Positions 1-10,700 are shown, counted from the first letter of the stretch. The stretch: 12,219 nt of DNA from Geosiphon pyriformis uo1 (GCA_016748015.1 JAAOMT010000658.1:1-12219); one strand, 5' to 3'. Numbers and translations: made by a program. Notes: a model not told the origin generated them from the letters alone.

Positions 1-1218
1 TAAACCAACCAAAAAAGTTAAAACTATCACGTTTTTTATTCAATTAAAAGTAAGTGAGTTTAAAGCCCGATATGAATGCCATATTAGCTAAACTCTAAAA
101 CCTCCCCTATTTTTAAATATCACAAATTAGGAAATTATAAAAATTTCTTTAAAATACCCTTTTCTAGTATTCGATAAAACCAACATAGTAATATAGTTTT
201 AAATCGACTTTATTTAGCCCACAACATCATCTCATCTCATCTTGATCAAATTTGAAAACTAGGCATACAATTTCAATGGAGTGAATACAAAGCAGAGTAT
301 GATAATAGAAAATTTTAAAAAGGATTCATATTTTTTTATTATTTTTCTCAGACACATGATTATTACGGATATTTCCTTTTTTTAGATGCTTCTATAATTT
401 GCAAATATAGATAAACAAACAAAGGACACATTTGCCAAATGTGAAATCACAAAAACGAGGTTTTCAAATTTATGCAGTGACAATGAATGATAGAGATGAA
501 TAGAAAGCAGAATAGAATAGCTTAAAAGGCATTTTGTAAATGGGTCATTGTAATTCTTATAATTGAATGTATTTGCCAAAATACTAAGAAAATGTTTGAA
601 ACCCTCATAATATTGAAAAACCTTACTAGGAGGAATTTTTGTGTTTCATCTTAAAGATGATGATGCATAATCTACGGGATACTTTTTAAAAGGACAACAA
701 TGGGAATTAATATTATGGAGACATATGGGGTCCTTTTAGGATTTTGAGTTTTCCACTAAATGTATTAATACAATGGATTGTAAATCTTTTATTAACTAGT
801 TATCTTGAATTGCAATTAATTAAAAATTGGAAACGACAAAAAGTTCATCTTTATTTTTAACTCAACTTTTCAATATTCATGTTCTTTCCAACAAGTATAA
901 TAATTGTACTTTTGACTGGGAATAATTCAGTTAATTGTATTGATAAAAAAGTGTTTCAAAAGACAAAGTAATATAAATAATTTATCATTTAAAATTTTAA
1001 TATTACATATCTATAACATTTGAAAAATATTTTAGCAATTAAGCCAAAATTTTTAGTTGTGAAATTTAAAGAATTGTAAAAATTTATTTACATGTAATAT
1101 TCAATTTTTTAATTAGTAAAATTATCTTTTAATCATTATACATTAGATAACACTATTAATTTAGAAATTATATTAGCTATTTGAAATATTTTAACCATTT
1201 TCAGTGATCAATCATATT

Positions 1219-2087
1219 NNNNNNNNNNNNNNNNNNNNNNNNNNNNNNNNNNNNNNNNNNNNNNNNNNNNNNNNNNNNNNNNNNNNNNNNNNNNNNNNNN
1301 NNNNNNNNNNNNNNNNNNNNNNNNNNNNNNNNNNNNNNNNNNNNNNNNNNNNNNNNNNNNNNNNNNNNNNNNNNNNNNNNNNNNNNNNNNNNNNNNNNNN
1401 NNNNNNNNNNNNNNNNNNNNNNNNNNNNNNNNNNNNNNNNNNNNNNNNNNNNNNNNNNNNNNNNNNNNNNNNNNNNNNNNNNNNNNNNNNNNNNNNNNNN
1501 NNNNNNNNNNNNNNNNNNNNNNNNNNNNNNNNNNNNNNNNNNNNNNNNNNNNNNNNNNNNNNNNNNNNNNNNNNNNNNNNNNNNNNNNNNNNNNNNNNNN
1601 NNNNNNNNNNNNNNNNNNNNNNNNNNNNNNNNNNNNNNNNNNNNNNNNNNNNNNNNNNNNNNNNNNNNNNNNNNNNNNNNNNNNNNNNNNNNNNNNNNNN
1701 NNNNNNNNNNNNNNNNNNNNNNNNNNNNNNNNNNNNNNNNNNNNNNNNNNNNNNNNNNNNNNNNNNNNNNNNNNNNNNNNNNNNNNNNNNNNNNNNNNNN
1801 NNNNNNNNNNNNNNNNNNNNNNNNNNNNNNNNNNNNNNNNNNNNNNNNNNNNNNNNNNNNNNNNNNNNNNNNNNNNNNNNNNNNNNNNNNNNNNNNNNNN
1901 NNNNNNNNNNNNNNNNNNNNNNNNNNNNNNNNNNNNNNNNNNNNNNNNNNNNNNNNNNNNNNNNNNNNNNNNNNNNNNNNNNNNNNNNNNNNNNNNNNNN
2001 NNNNNNNNNNNNNNNNNNNNNNNNNNNNNNNNNNNNNNNNNNNNNNNNNNNNNNNNNNNNNNNNNNNNNNNNNNNNNNNNNNNNNNN
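1219..2087. other. Assembly gap (869 N)
   Basis: Run of N. Its flanks map to 9706 and 8948 on the right arm. Confidence 0.99.
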
Positions 2088-2390
2088 GTTTTTATTTATT
2101 ATAATTTTCATTATAGTATAATATATTACAACATACAATATTTTAAATGATTTAATAATAATAATAATAATATTTATTATTAATATTATTATTGTAATTA
2201 AATACAACTTTTAAGTAATATTAAAAAATATTGAAATTCCACAAAACCTTGAAAATTAGAAACTAAAATAATATTTAAAATTATATATAAAAAAAGCTTT
2301 TTATATTTCCAAGAAATATATTAATTGATAACTTAAAAATTTTAATGTTTCAAATAAAAAAAGTTAAACCAAATTTTTTAGGGTTAAACC

Positions 2391-2391
<1 letters not shown>

Positions 2392-2433
<42 letters not shown>
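2392..2433. repeat. (TAA)14 microsatellite
   Basis: Direct count. Its counterpart in the right arm has 9 units. Confidence 0.95.
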
Positions 2434-2434
<1 letters not shown>

Positions 2435-2859
2435 TGTAATTGTCTTTGAAATTAACTTTTCTTTAATAAAAGTTTTTAATTATTTAAATGAAATTAAAAT
2501 TATCAGAAATCAATTTTTAAAATTATTTAAAATGCTTAATATGACAAATAATGTATCATTAAATAATTTAAAAATGATAAAATGTGTGAATTCGACCATT
2601 AAAATTCAAAAATAATTGCTTTTTTAGCTTCCAAACTCCTTTTACATTAGTGTTAAGGCAGTAACAGAATATTTAGTCACATAGTTTTGAATACCATATT
2701 TAGCAGATAATTCTTTTAATCATAATGAAGGTGTTAAAATATTTGGTTTATCGGGAATTTTCGAACAAAACTCATGTACATATCTCAGTATGACAACTTT
2801 TAAAATTCCGGCAGAAAGTAAATATGTTGTGTTACCCACCTCTATCTAAAAAAAGCCCG

Positions 2860-3540
2860 ATATTCATCCACCATAAACTTCTAAACGTCGCCAGATCGGT
2901 AAATGGTTCACACAAATCATTTCGTTACAGCAGCCGAAATCAAAGTACGGCTCGAAGAAACGCATCCGGGTTTTGAACTCGGTGAAATTACTATTAAGGA
3001 TGAGCCTTCAAGGCTTGGCTACACTGCCATTCTGCCTAAGCATGTCCTCTCCCCACTTGCGATGGGCATGTGATCATTATCATCATAACTGGCGCAAAGT
3101 TGTATTTTCTGAAACACTAATTTTTTGCCTGGAAAACCCATGGCACTAATGGTAAAACATCCCTTTAAGCTGCATGTTTAGGCAGCAATCAGTAAACATA
3201 AGAAAATCAGTTTCTATATATTCACAGAGAATTTAAGTCATAAAATAGTAAATAAACACCTTTATGAGAATACAACCGCAAAATATCGGCATCAATCAGT
3301 AATTCAGCAGAATAATAACTTAAAACACATTTCTATTCATGGCCATCATATAACTTAGACCTCAACCTCATTATGAATTATTGGGCCGGGTTAAAGCATA
3401 GTGTAGAGAAGAATGATGACAAAAAAGGGAGTGTCTCAAGAGATTTTAAAAGAATAATGGACAAACCTTCTAGAAGAGGTGGTACTTATTAAAATTCATA
3501 GCATGTCGTCTATGAAAATGTCAAGAGGTTATATTGATAT
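2860..3540 (+). pseudogene. Decayed Tc1/mariner-family (IS630-Tc1-mariner, HTH + DDE) transposase; boundaries approximate
   Basis: Collinear Tc1 motifs across shifting frames: KRRQIG (2883); MVHTNHFVTAAEIKVRLEETHPGFELGEITIKDEPSRLGYTAILPKHVL (2903-3049, HTH region); LRWACDHYHHNWRKVVFSE (3057-3113, cf. W.KVIFSDE); VKHPFKLHV*AAISKHKKISFYIFTENL...QQNNNLKHIS (3131-3334, cf. VKH...VWG.IS and QQDNDPKHTS); WPSYNLDLNLIMNYWAGLKHSVEK (from 3340, cf. WPSxSPDLNPIENLW). Several frameshifts, internal deletions and a TAG at 3179. Confidence 0.9.
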
Positions 3541-4190
3541 TAATTTTTACATATATTATAGTATAATTTTATTTTTTATTCTTTCTTAAAATAAATTTCA
3601 AATTTGCAATATACATGTATATGCTAAAATTTGATAGAATTTATCCAAAGAAAAAAAAGTTTCCTATCTTAAACAAAATTATATATTTATTAAAGATTGA
3701 AAAAGTTATTTACGTCTTAAAATTTTGTTTGATTTCAAGTTCTTCTATAAGGAATTTTAACCTTTTTTAAAGACTTTTTCAAACTCATTTTTTAGGAAAA
3801 TTCGATTTCTGACTTAAAAAATAATATCTGAGATTGCCCTTTAAAAGTTACAAAAATGAATTTTTAATAAACCTCTTTTGCCTCAAAAACTTAAACTATA
3901 TCATTAATCTTTTAGTAAAAACACAATGGCATTTTTTTTTATAGAAGTCAATAAAGTTAATATGTTTCTAAAACGCTTTAGGCTTGTTTTAAATTTTGGT
4001 TTAGAAATATTGAGTTTGAAATTGAGATATTTTCATAAAAATGTAAACTATCAAAAATATGAATTTACTTTTTCGATAAAAGTTTCCATAAGATTCTACA
4101 GCCTCCAATATTAGCATACAAATTCGGGTCAAACACAAATAAGAAATAAATGAGAAAAAAATAATGAAGATTAAGAAAATAAACAAGCTA

Positions 4191-4232
4191 GAAGAAGAAG
4201 AAGAAGAAGAATAATAATAATAATAATAATAA
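4191..4232. repeat. Compound microsatellite (GAA)7(TAA)7
   Basis: Direct count. Confidence 0.9.
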
Positions 4233-5775
4233 TTATAATGATGATAATTTTTTTGAACTAAGACCTATTTATTAAGAAAAATTTCATTCCAATCCAGTTA
4301 TATGAAAAGTTCAAAGCTGAAATTTATCAATATAGCCGCTTAAATTATGGTAGCCTCAAATAATTTTACTAGATGTCTAGAACTAAAAAACATTCATGCT
4401 ATTAAATATGCTGAGAGTTTTTAATACACTATAAAGAAAGAACAGATTTAATTTCTTTGCTATATAAATAAATAAAATATTATGATAAATTCAATAATTA
4501 ATTTTTATCAAAATCAATTTACTTATAAAATGGTTAACCTTATTGGAATTATTGGAAACTCGACAAAAATTAGGCTTAATTATTCCAAACTTTTTCTAAA
4601 AGATATATTGAAAATCATGTTAATATCTTAAAAGCATTTATTCATTTCTAGGAGTAATAATAGGTAATATTAATTCGTCTTAGCAAATATGTTGATATAC
4701 TGAATTTGGAAGTTTTTCTTAAAGTAAATAAAATATTAGAAGCTGAAAAATTTTAAAGTTTTTTGAATATTTGAAATGTCATGAAAAGTTCCCAAGCTCA
4801 GACAGCAAAAAATTGGGTTTTCGAGGAATTCTTTTGAATATAATGATTATGGACATCTTTTTTAGATATTAGATTTTAGATGTTTTAAAAAGTCAATATA
4901 ATTTGTGGGTAATAAAACATATAAAAATTATGGATAACAATGATTAAGAAAATATCCCATTTTGATAAATAGTGTTTAATGCTTAATTTTGTAGAATGAA
5001 CAAATTTCAAATTTTATTCTCACAAAACGGACCCAAATTATTTCTCTTGGAATACTTTATGTTGGTAAAAAATTTTAAATCAAAGATTTTCCCTATTAAA
5101 AAATTATGTAATTAGAAAATATATATCTTGTGCTAATTACAATCTTGAACTTTGGATAAAAAATAATCAGATTCATAGAATTTTTTTAATAAAATTTTAG
5201 ATTAATTTTATATCAAGAATAAGTTCAAACGTGCTTCAAAGTATCTTAATTTGAATATACACTCTAAAAAGATAAAATTGACCATAAAAGTGACCATGAG
5301 CTAATTCTCTCATTCAATATTGGATATTTAATTTTCTAATACATTGAAACACAGGTGGATCAAACTTATTGGTTTGAAGGTTAGAAGAGGATCTAGTGAT
5401 ATTGTAGATTTAATCATAAAATTCCTAAAATCGTTCATGTGCACCCATTGCAAATAAGATTACTGGACAATTGTAACTTGAAAACATTTCTAGATAAAAT
5501 AATAATACATTTTCGCTTTTATTTTTGAGTAGGAAACACACCTAACATGAGAAAGCATGTGAATATATTGCGCAAAAAAAAATTTCTTAAAAGTTTAACT
5601 AAAAGAAAAATTTCAAGATGGTCGATTGATAAGAAGGTAAAATCTTTTATTTAAAATTGTTTACCAAATACAAAGTAATTCGACGACGGAACTGACTTGA
5701 TTCAGTGGGGATGAAAATAAAAGTTGAAATTTGTTCATTTTAGAAAATTAAGCCTTTTAAACAATATTTATCAAA

Positions 5776-7166
5776 ATGCGTTTCTATTTCAATATTTCTT
5801 TAATAATTTTGTTCATAATTTTTATTTATAGATTAGAGATTTGGAATTCAGTAGACTTTATTACAAAAAAAAATACTGACTGGTTAAAGCATGTAACATT
5901 CACAAAAAGCTACAATGCTCATTATATTCAAGAGAATACTCCAAAAAACCAATCTTTTGCTTTAGGGAACTCCAAACCTTTATATATCTCGACTCAACCT
6001 ATTAAAAACCTTAAAAATTTCAAACCGTCTGATATTCATCTTCCGGTTTCTGATGCTTCAAATTCAAACTATCGACATATTCGTAGAGAAGATTTAATAT
6101 TACATCTTACTGGCCCTACAATATTAAAAAATTTTAAGCTATATGCATGGCTTTCAATGAAGGCATCATGTCTTAAGAAGAAAATTATATATAAAGTTAT
6201 ACCTGGAATTTATGGTAAAAATGTGGCAAAATTTGGGAATTTTCAAATCTTAATTTGATAGAAAGTTTATAACTCTTTCCAGCTCAGATTGGAGTCGGAT
6301 CTTTACCTACTGTAACTGGGATAGTAATTAAAAAACTGATACTCAGCATCCAAGCAGATGAGCTAAGCCAAGCAGAATGGTTATCACGAAAAAATGATTT
6401 GGTTGATTATCCAGGGATAGAAGGAGGAAAAGTTGATGCAGCATTTTACTCAAAATATCTTGAAACTAAAGGAATTATGGCTAAAATGCTAGCAGATATC
6501 TCAAATGAAACCAAAATATATAAATTTGCTTTAGTTGCATATGGAATTGGTGCCGGTAAGTTTTCTCGGTTCATTCCTGCTACGTCTACCATATATTAAT
6601 TCTTCTTCCTTTATTTTTATTAGTGTATGGCATCCTGACAATATTGGAATTATTAAAAAAATCACTCGTTGATAGTATCAATGTGTATTCGTATGGACAA
6701 CCACGTATCGGAAATCGAATATTTGCTGAATACGTTGATCGGATTAAAAATCTGTTAATCGCGCGTATTACTTTTAAAGATGACTTTGTCCCTCGAATGC
6801 CAGTAAATCTACAAGATGAATATCTTCATCATGCAGTGGAATATTGGATTGCTTCCGAAGGATGCTTTTGTGATGATGAGAGGGTATTCACCTGCCCTCC
6901 TATCCTAAGAAAAATTAATGGATATTATTATTATGGCGAAAATATGGTATGGTTTTTTTCTTCACTTAACTAATTTTATCTAGTTGTGGCCTGCTAATTA
7001 TATAAATTATTTTCCATACTATCAGAACTGCAATAAACAATTTAGTGAACCAAATATCGAATCTCATAACGGACCCTATTTTAGCTATAAAATGGATATT
7101 TGTCTTGAAATTCCACCACCTTTTCCAGATGCTCAGTATAAGCCTTTCGATCGAAACTGGACCTAA
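5776..7166 (+). CDS. Class-3 lipase-like alpha/beta-hydrolase-fold protein, secreted or membrane-anchored, lacking the nucleophilic Ser; 4 exons: 5776-6214, 6283-6555, 6624-6946, 7026-7166 (391 aa)
   Basis: Three GT..AG introns (6215-6282, 68 bp; 6556-6623, 68 bp; 6947-7025, 79 bp with a GCTAAT branch-like site) join the four ORF-track fragments into a 1176-nt frame without stops. Lipase_3 motifs: YSYGQPRIGNRIFAEYV, RITFKDDFVPRMP, YLHHAVEYWI, HNGPYF. Hydrophobic N-terminus MRFYFNISLIILFIIFIY. Confidence 0.9.
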
Positions 7167-8316
7167 TTTTTACTTTTAATATCATAATATGGCCTTATAT
7201 TAATCCATTAATTGAGTTTTGTCAATAATAATATAATATATTGGAATAATTTAACAATAAGTTTATAAATTGGCATCAAGTTTCACATTAAAATAATATT
7301 TTAAAATAGTCTATATTATAATTTTCTGAGATATAAAAACATCAAGCATTTCCAATTATTTTAAAAGCTAATTGAAAAATATATATAGCATCCCAATTTT
7401 TAATTTCTTCAACTATTTTTTCTTTCTCGATTGTTTCAAATATTCTATCCGTACTTGATACTTCTTGCTTTTGCCTTTATCTTTTCCTCGACATGTTTTT
7501 ATAATAAAATAGTTTAAAAAATTCAAGTTTACTAATAAATAAATAAATACATTCTCAAATATTTCAAAATTGACACTACCATGCTTTCATTGTTTACGAT
7601 TGGAAAAAATCATAGATCAAAATGGATTATTATATTTATTTTATTATAAGGGGGATTATCGTTTAAAATGGAAATAATCAATAAAGTTATAATTAATCAT
7701 TTATAAATACAAATAAAAGCATATAAAATGAAATATTCAAGGATATGCATACATGATTATGTTTTTTAAAAATAAATTATACCGAATCAACTGATTTGAT
7801 TACTGGTCAATGGAGGTGGTTTTTATGGATTTGTGTTGCGTCCTAATAAAAAATATCTAAATTTTACTCTTTTTTTTAAATACTAAAAGTGAAAATTATT
7901 TTTCAAATTATTTACCCTCTTAAAGTTTTTTCAACTTTAGTCCAATTACTCACCCTTTATAATTGCCAACAGCCAAAACAGCTTCTTGCAAGGAAATACC
8001 ATTATCTATCGAATATATCATCAAGAAATTACTTGAATTTGTATAAGTTTTATAATTCACATGGACTTATACTTGATCTATTTTGATATGGATCGAGACT
8101 AGTCTCGAGGATTACGAGTACTTATGGATAGAATTGTTATTTTCTTTCATTAAAAATAAATAATTTTAATAATAAATTATAACCACTTCATGTGATTATA
8201 AAATTATATTAAGGTTATACTGTATAAATTAAAATAAGTGAAAACCTGTAACTTTTGTGAATACCAAAATTTTCCTAACTAGAGTCAATCCACAAGACAG
8301 TCAAGTTTTTAAGTAG

Positions 8317-10422
8317 ACCTTCATGATGATTAAAAGAATTATCTGCTAAATATGGTATTCAAAACTATGTGACTAAATATTCTGTTACTGCCTTAACACC
8401 AATGTAAAAGGAGTTTGGAAGCTAAAAGAGCAATTATTTTTGAATTTTAATGGTCGAATTCACACATTTTATCATTTTTAAATTATTTAATGATACATTA
8501 TTTGTCATATTAAGCATTTTAAATAATTTTAAAAATTGATTTCTGATAATTTTAATTTCATTTAAATAATAAAAAACTTTTATTAAAGAAAAGTTAATTT
8601 CAAAGACAATTACAATTATTATTATTATTATTATTATTATTATGGTTTAACCCAAAAAAGTTGGTTTAACTTTTTTTATTTAAAACATTAAAATTTTTAA
8701 GTTATCAATTAATATATTTCTTGGAAATATAAAAAGCTTTTTTTATATTAAATTTTAAATATTATTATTTTAGTTTCTAATATTCAAGGTTTTGTGGAAT
8801 TTCAATATTTTTTAATATTACTTAAAAGTTGTATTTAATTACAATAATAATATTAATAATAAATATTATTATTATTATTATTAAATCATTTAAAATATTG
8901 TATGTTGTAATATATTATACTATAATGAAAATTATAATAAATAAAAACTAGATAATAATTTTAAAATAATTTATTAATTGTGAAAATCTAAAGATTCTAG
9001 TAGGCTTAAAGAGACGAAGCAATATAATAGCTTGGGTTTTGTTGGATAATGGTTCTCCACTTTCTTTGAATAAAAGTAATGTGCGGTATTAAGTATCTTA
9101 AAAAATCTAAAGAGGCAACTGACGTGATGATATAGCAAAATCGTAAACTTATTTGATTAGTTATACTATGATTATAAATAGTTAAATATTCTTTGTAAAA
9201 CGAAATAAAAACCCATGAATCAATAAAATCTTTTATCATAAAATAAATAGTAATAAAGATTAAAGTTATCTAATAAAAAGATATTCTCTCTAATTATTTT
9301 TTAACAAACTCAATATTAGATTTATCTTAATTTTTTTTTATATTTTTAACCATTTCGAAATAAGATTAAAGTTGACAAAAAATTGTTAATGAAATGAAAA
9401 TTATATTTTCAAAAAATTTATCAAATATCGTACCATTTGTTTTATTTTGATCATGTTTAAATTTTTATAGAATAATATAAACTCAATTAAAAATTAAGCT
9501 AATATAAAACAAAAAAAGAAAGATATTTAAAAAATAATTATTTTTTTCGATTGGGGACAAATATTTTCGATATCTATGTTTTCAATAAAATATGACAAAA
9601 GTAGCTAATATTCAAATCAGAAAAATTTTATATTATCCTAAATTTATTAATTTAAAAGATAGTCTCAATTATTTATCATTTTTTAATTTTGCTTTAGCAA
9701 ATAAAAATATGATTGATCACTGAAAATGGTTAAAATATTTCAAATAGCTAATATAATTTCTAAATTAATAGTGTTATCTAATGTATAATGGTTAAAAGAT
9801 AATTTTACTAATTAAAAAATTGAATATTACATGTAAATAAATTTTTACAATTCTTTAAATTTCACAACTAAAAATTTTGGCTTAATTGCTAAAATATTTT
9901 TCAAATGTTATAGATATGTAATATTAAAATTTTAAATGATAAATTATTTATATTACTTTGTCTTTTGAAACACTTTTTTATCAATACAATTAACTGAATT
10001 ATTCCCAGTCAAAAGTACAATTATTATACTTGTTTGGAAGAACATGAATATTGAAAAGTTGAGTTAAAAATAAAGATGAACTTTTTGTCGTTTCCAATTT
10101 TTAATTTAAATTTTCTATTATCATACTGTGCTTTGTATTCACTCCACTGAAATTGTATGCCTAGTTTTCAAATTTGATCAAGATGAGATGAGATGATGTT
10201 GTGGGCTAAATAAAGTCGATTTAAAACTATATTACTATGTTGGTTTTATCGAATACTAGAAAAGGGTATTTTAAAGAAATTTTTATAATATCCTAATTTG
10301 TGATATTTAAAAATAGGGGAGGTTTCAGAGTTTAGCTAATATGGCATTCATATCGGGCTTTAAACTCACTTACTTTTAATTGAATAAAAAACGTGATAGT
10401 TTTAACTTTTTTGGTTGGTTTA
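8317..10422 (-). repeat. Right arm of the large inverted repeat (outer end undetermined because its partner reaches the window edge)
   Basis: Reverse complement of the left arm in three collinear blocks (about 1360 alignable bp) with about 20 small differences. The inner end is ACCTTCATGATGATTAAAAG at 8317. Confidence 0.95.
8616..8642. repeat. (TTA)9 microsatellite
   Basis: Direct count. Inverted counterpart of 2392-2433. Confidence 0.95.
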
Positions 10423-10672
10423 AACTTGTTTATCTTCTAAAAATAGTGTTTTTCTGATAATAAGACTTAATATAATGAGTGGTTTGATAAAATAATTCTG
10501 CTTTTTGACTAATATCATTTTAGCGTCAATTTCCCCTTTTTTTACTCATTCAAATTTTTTTATACTTTTAATTTTCTTCCTTATTCTCTTGCCATGTAGC
10601 CCAAAAGATCACTTATGCTCGTTTTGATCCGGCTTTTTTACTACTAGCATTCTATTAAGTTATTATAAAAGG

Positions 10673-10700
10673 AATCAATCAATCAATCAATCAATCAATC
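10673..10700. repeat. (AATC)7 microsatellite
   Basis: Direct count. Confidence 0.95.

Larger units (their letters stand above)
1..2732 (+). repeat. Left arm of a large inverted repeat (may extend beyond the window start; contains the N gap and a 502-bp left-only segment)
   Basis: Manual alignment: 1..315 = revcomp of 10108..10422; 818..1218 = revcomp of 9706..10106; 2088..2732 = revcomp of 8317..8948. Example: TAAACCAACCAAAAAAGTTAAAACTATCAC at 1 pairs with GTGATAGTTTTAACTTTTTTGGTTGGTTTA ending at 10422. The match stops after ...ATGAAGGT at 2732. Confidence 0.95.
1..10422. mobile_element. Candidate foldback-like / giant-TIR composite unit (arms over 2 kb, core with Tc1 relic and lipase-like gene); alternatively an inverted segmental duplication
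   Basis: Architecture only: long inverted arms around a 5584-bp core (2733..8316). The true termini and any target-site duplication cannot be seen in this window. Confidence 0.35.

Noticed and set aside
382-579. 65-aa minus-strand ORF in the left-only segment
   Set aside because: Non-ATG start, no recognisable motif, expected by chance in AT-rich DNA.
1204-2207. Two long ORFs (305 and 331 aa) in the ORF track
   Set aside because: Artefacts of translating the N gap.
3609-3622. 14-bp palindrome ATATACATGTATAT
   Set aside because: Almost all AT, expected by chance at this composition.
2733-3700. Own short TIRs or TA target-site duplication for the Tc1 relic
   Set aside because: No convincing inverted pair found by eye around the transposase remnant.
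3926-4186. Overlapping short ORFs on both strands
   Set aside because: F/I/K/L-rich translations of AT-rich DNA with no domain or splice support.
4250-4900. Coding-like stretches with many stops between the Tc1 relic and the lipase
   Set aside because: No family motif recognised in the frames examined. A TBLASTX search would be needed.
5776-7166. Four separate ORFs resembling an operon or a fragmented pseudogene
   Set aside because: They are exons of one gene. Canonical introns restore a single open frame.
7889-8086. 65-aa ORF
   Set aside because: GTG start and no homology cues.
9006-9239. 77-aa minus-strand ORF within the right arm
   Set aside because: No recognisable domain or transposase motif. 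It cannot be supported as a gene.
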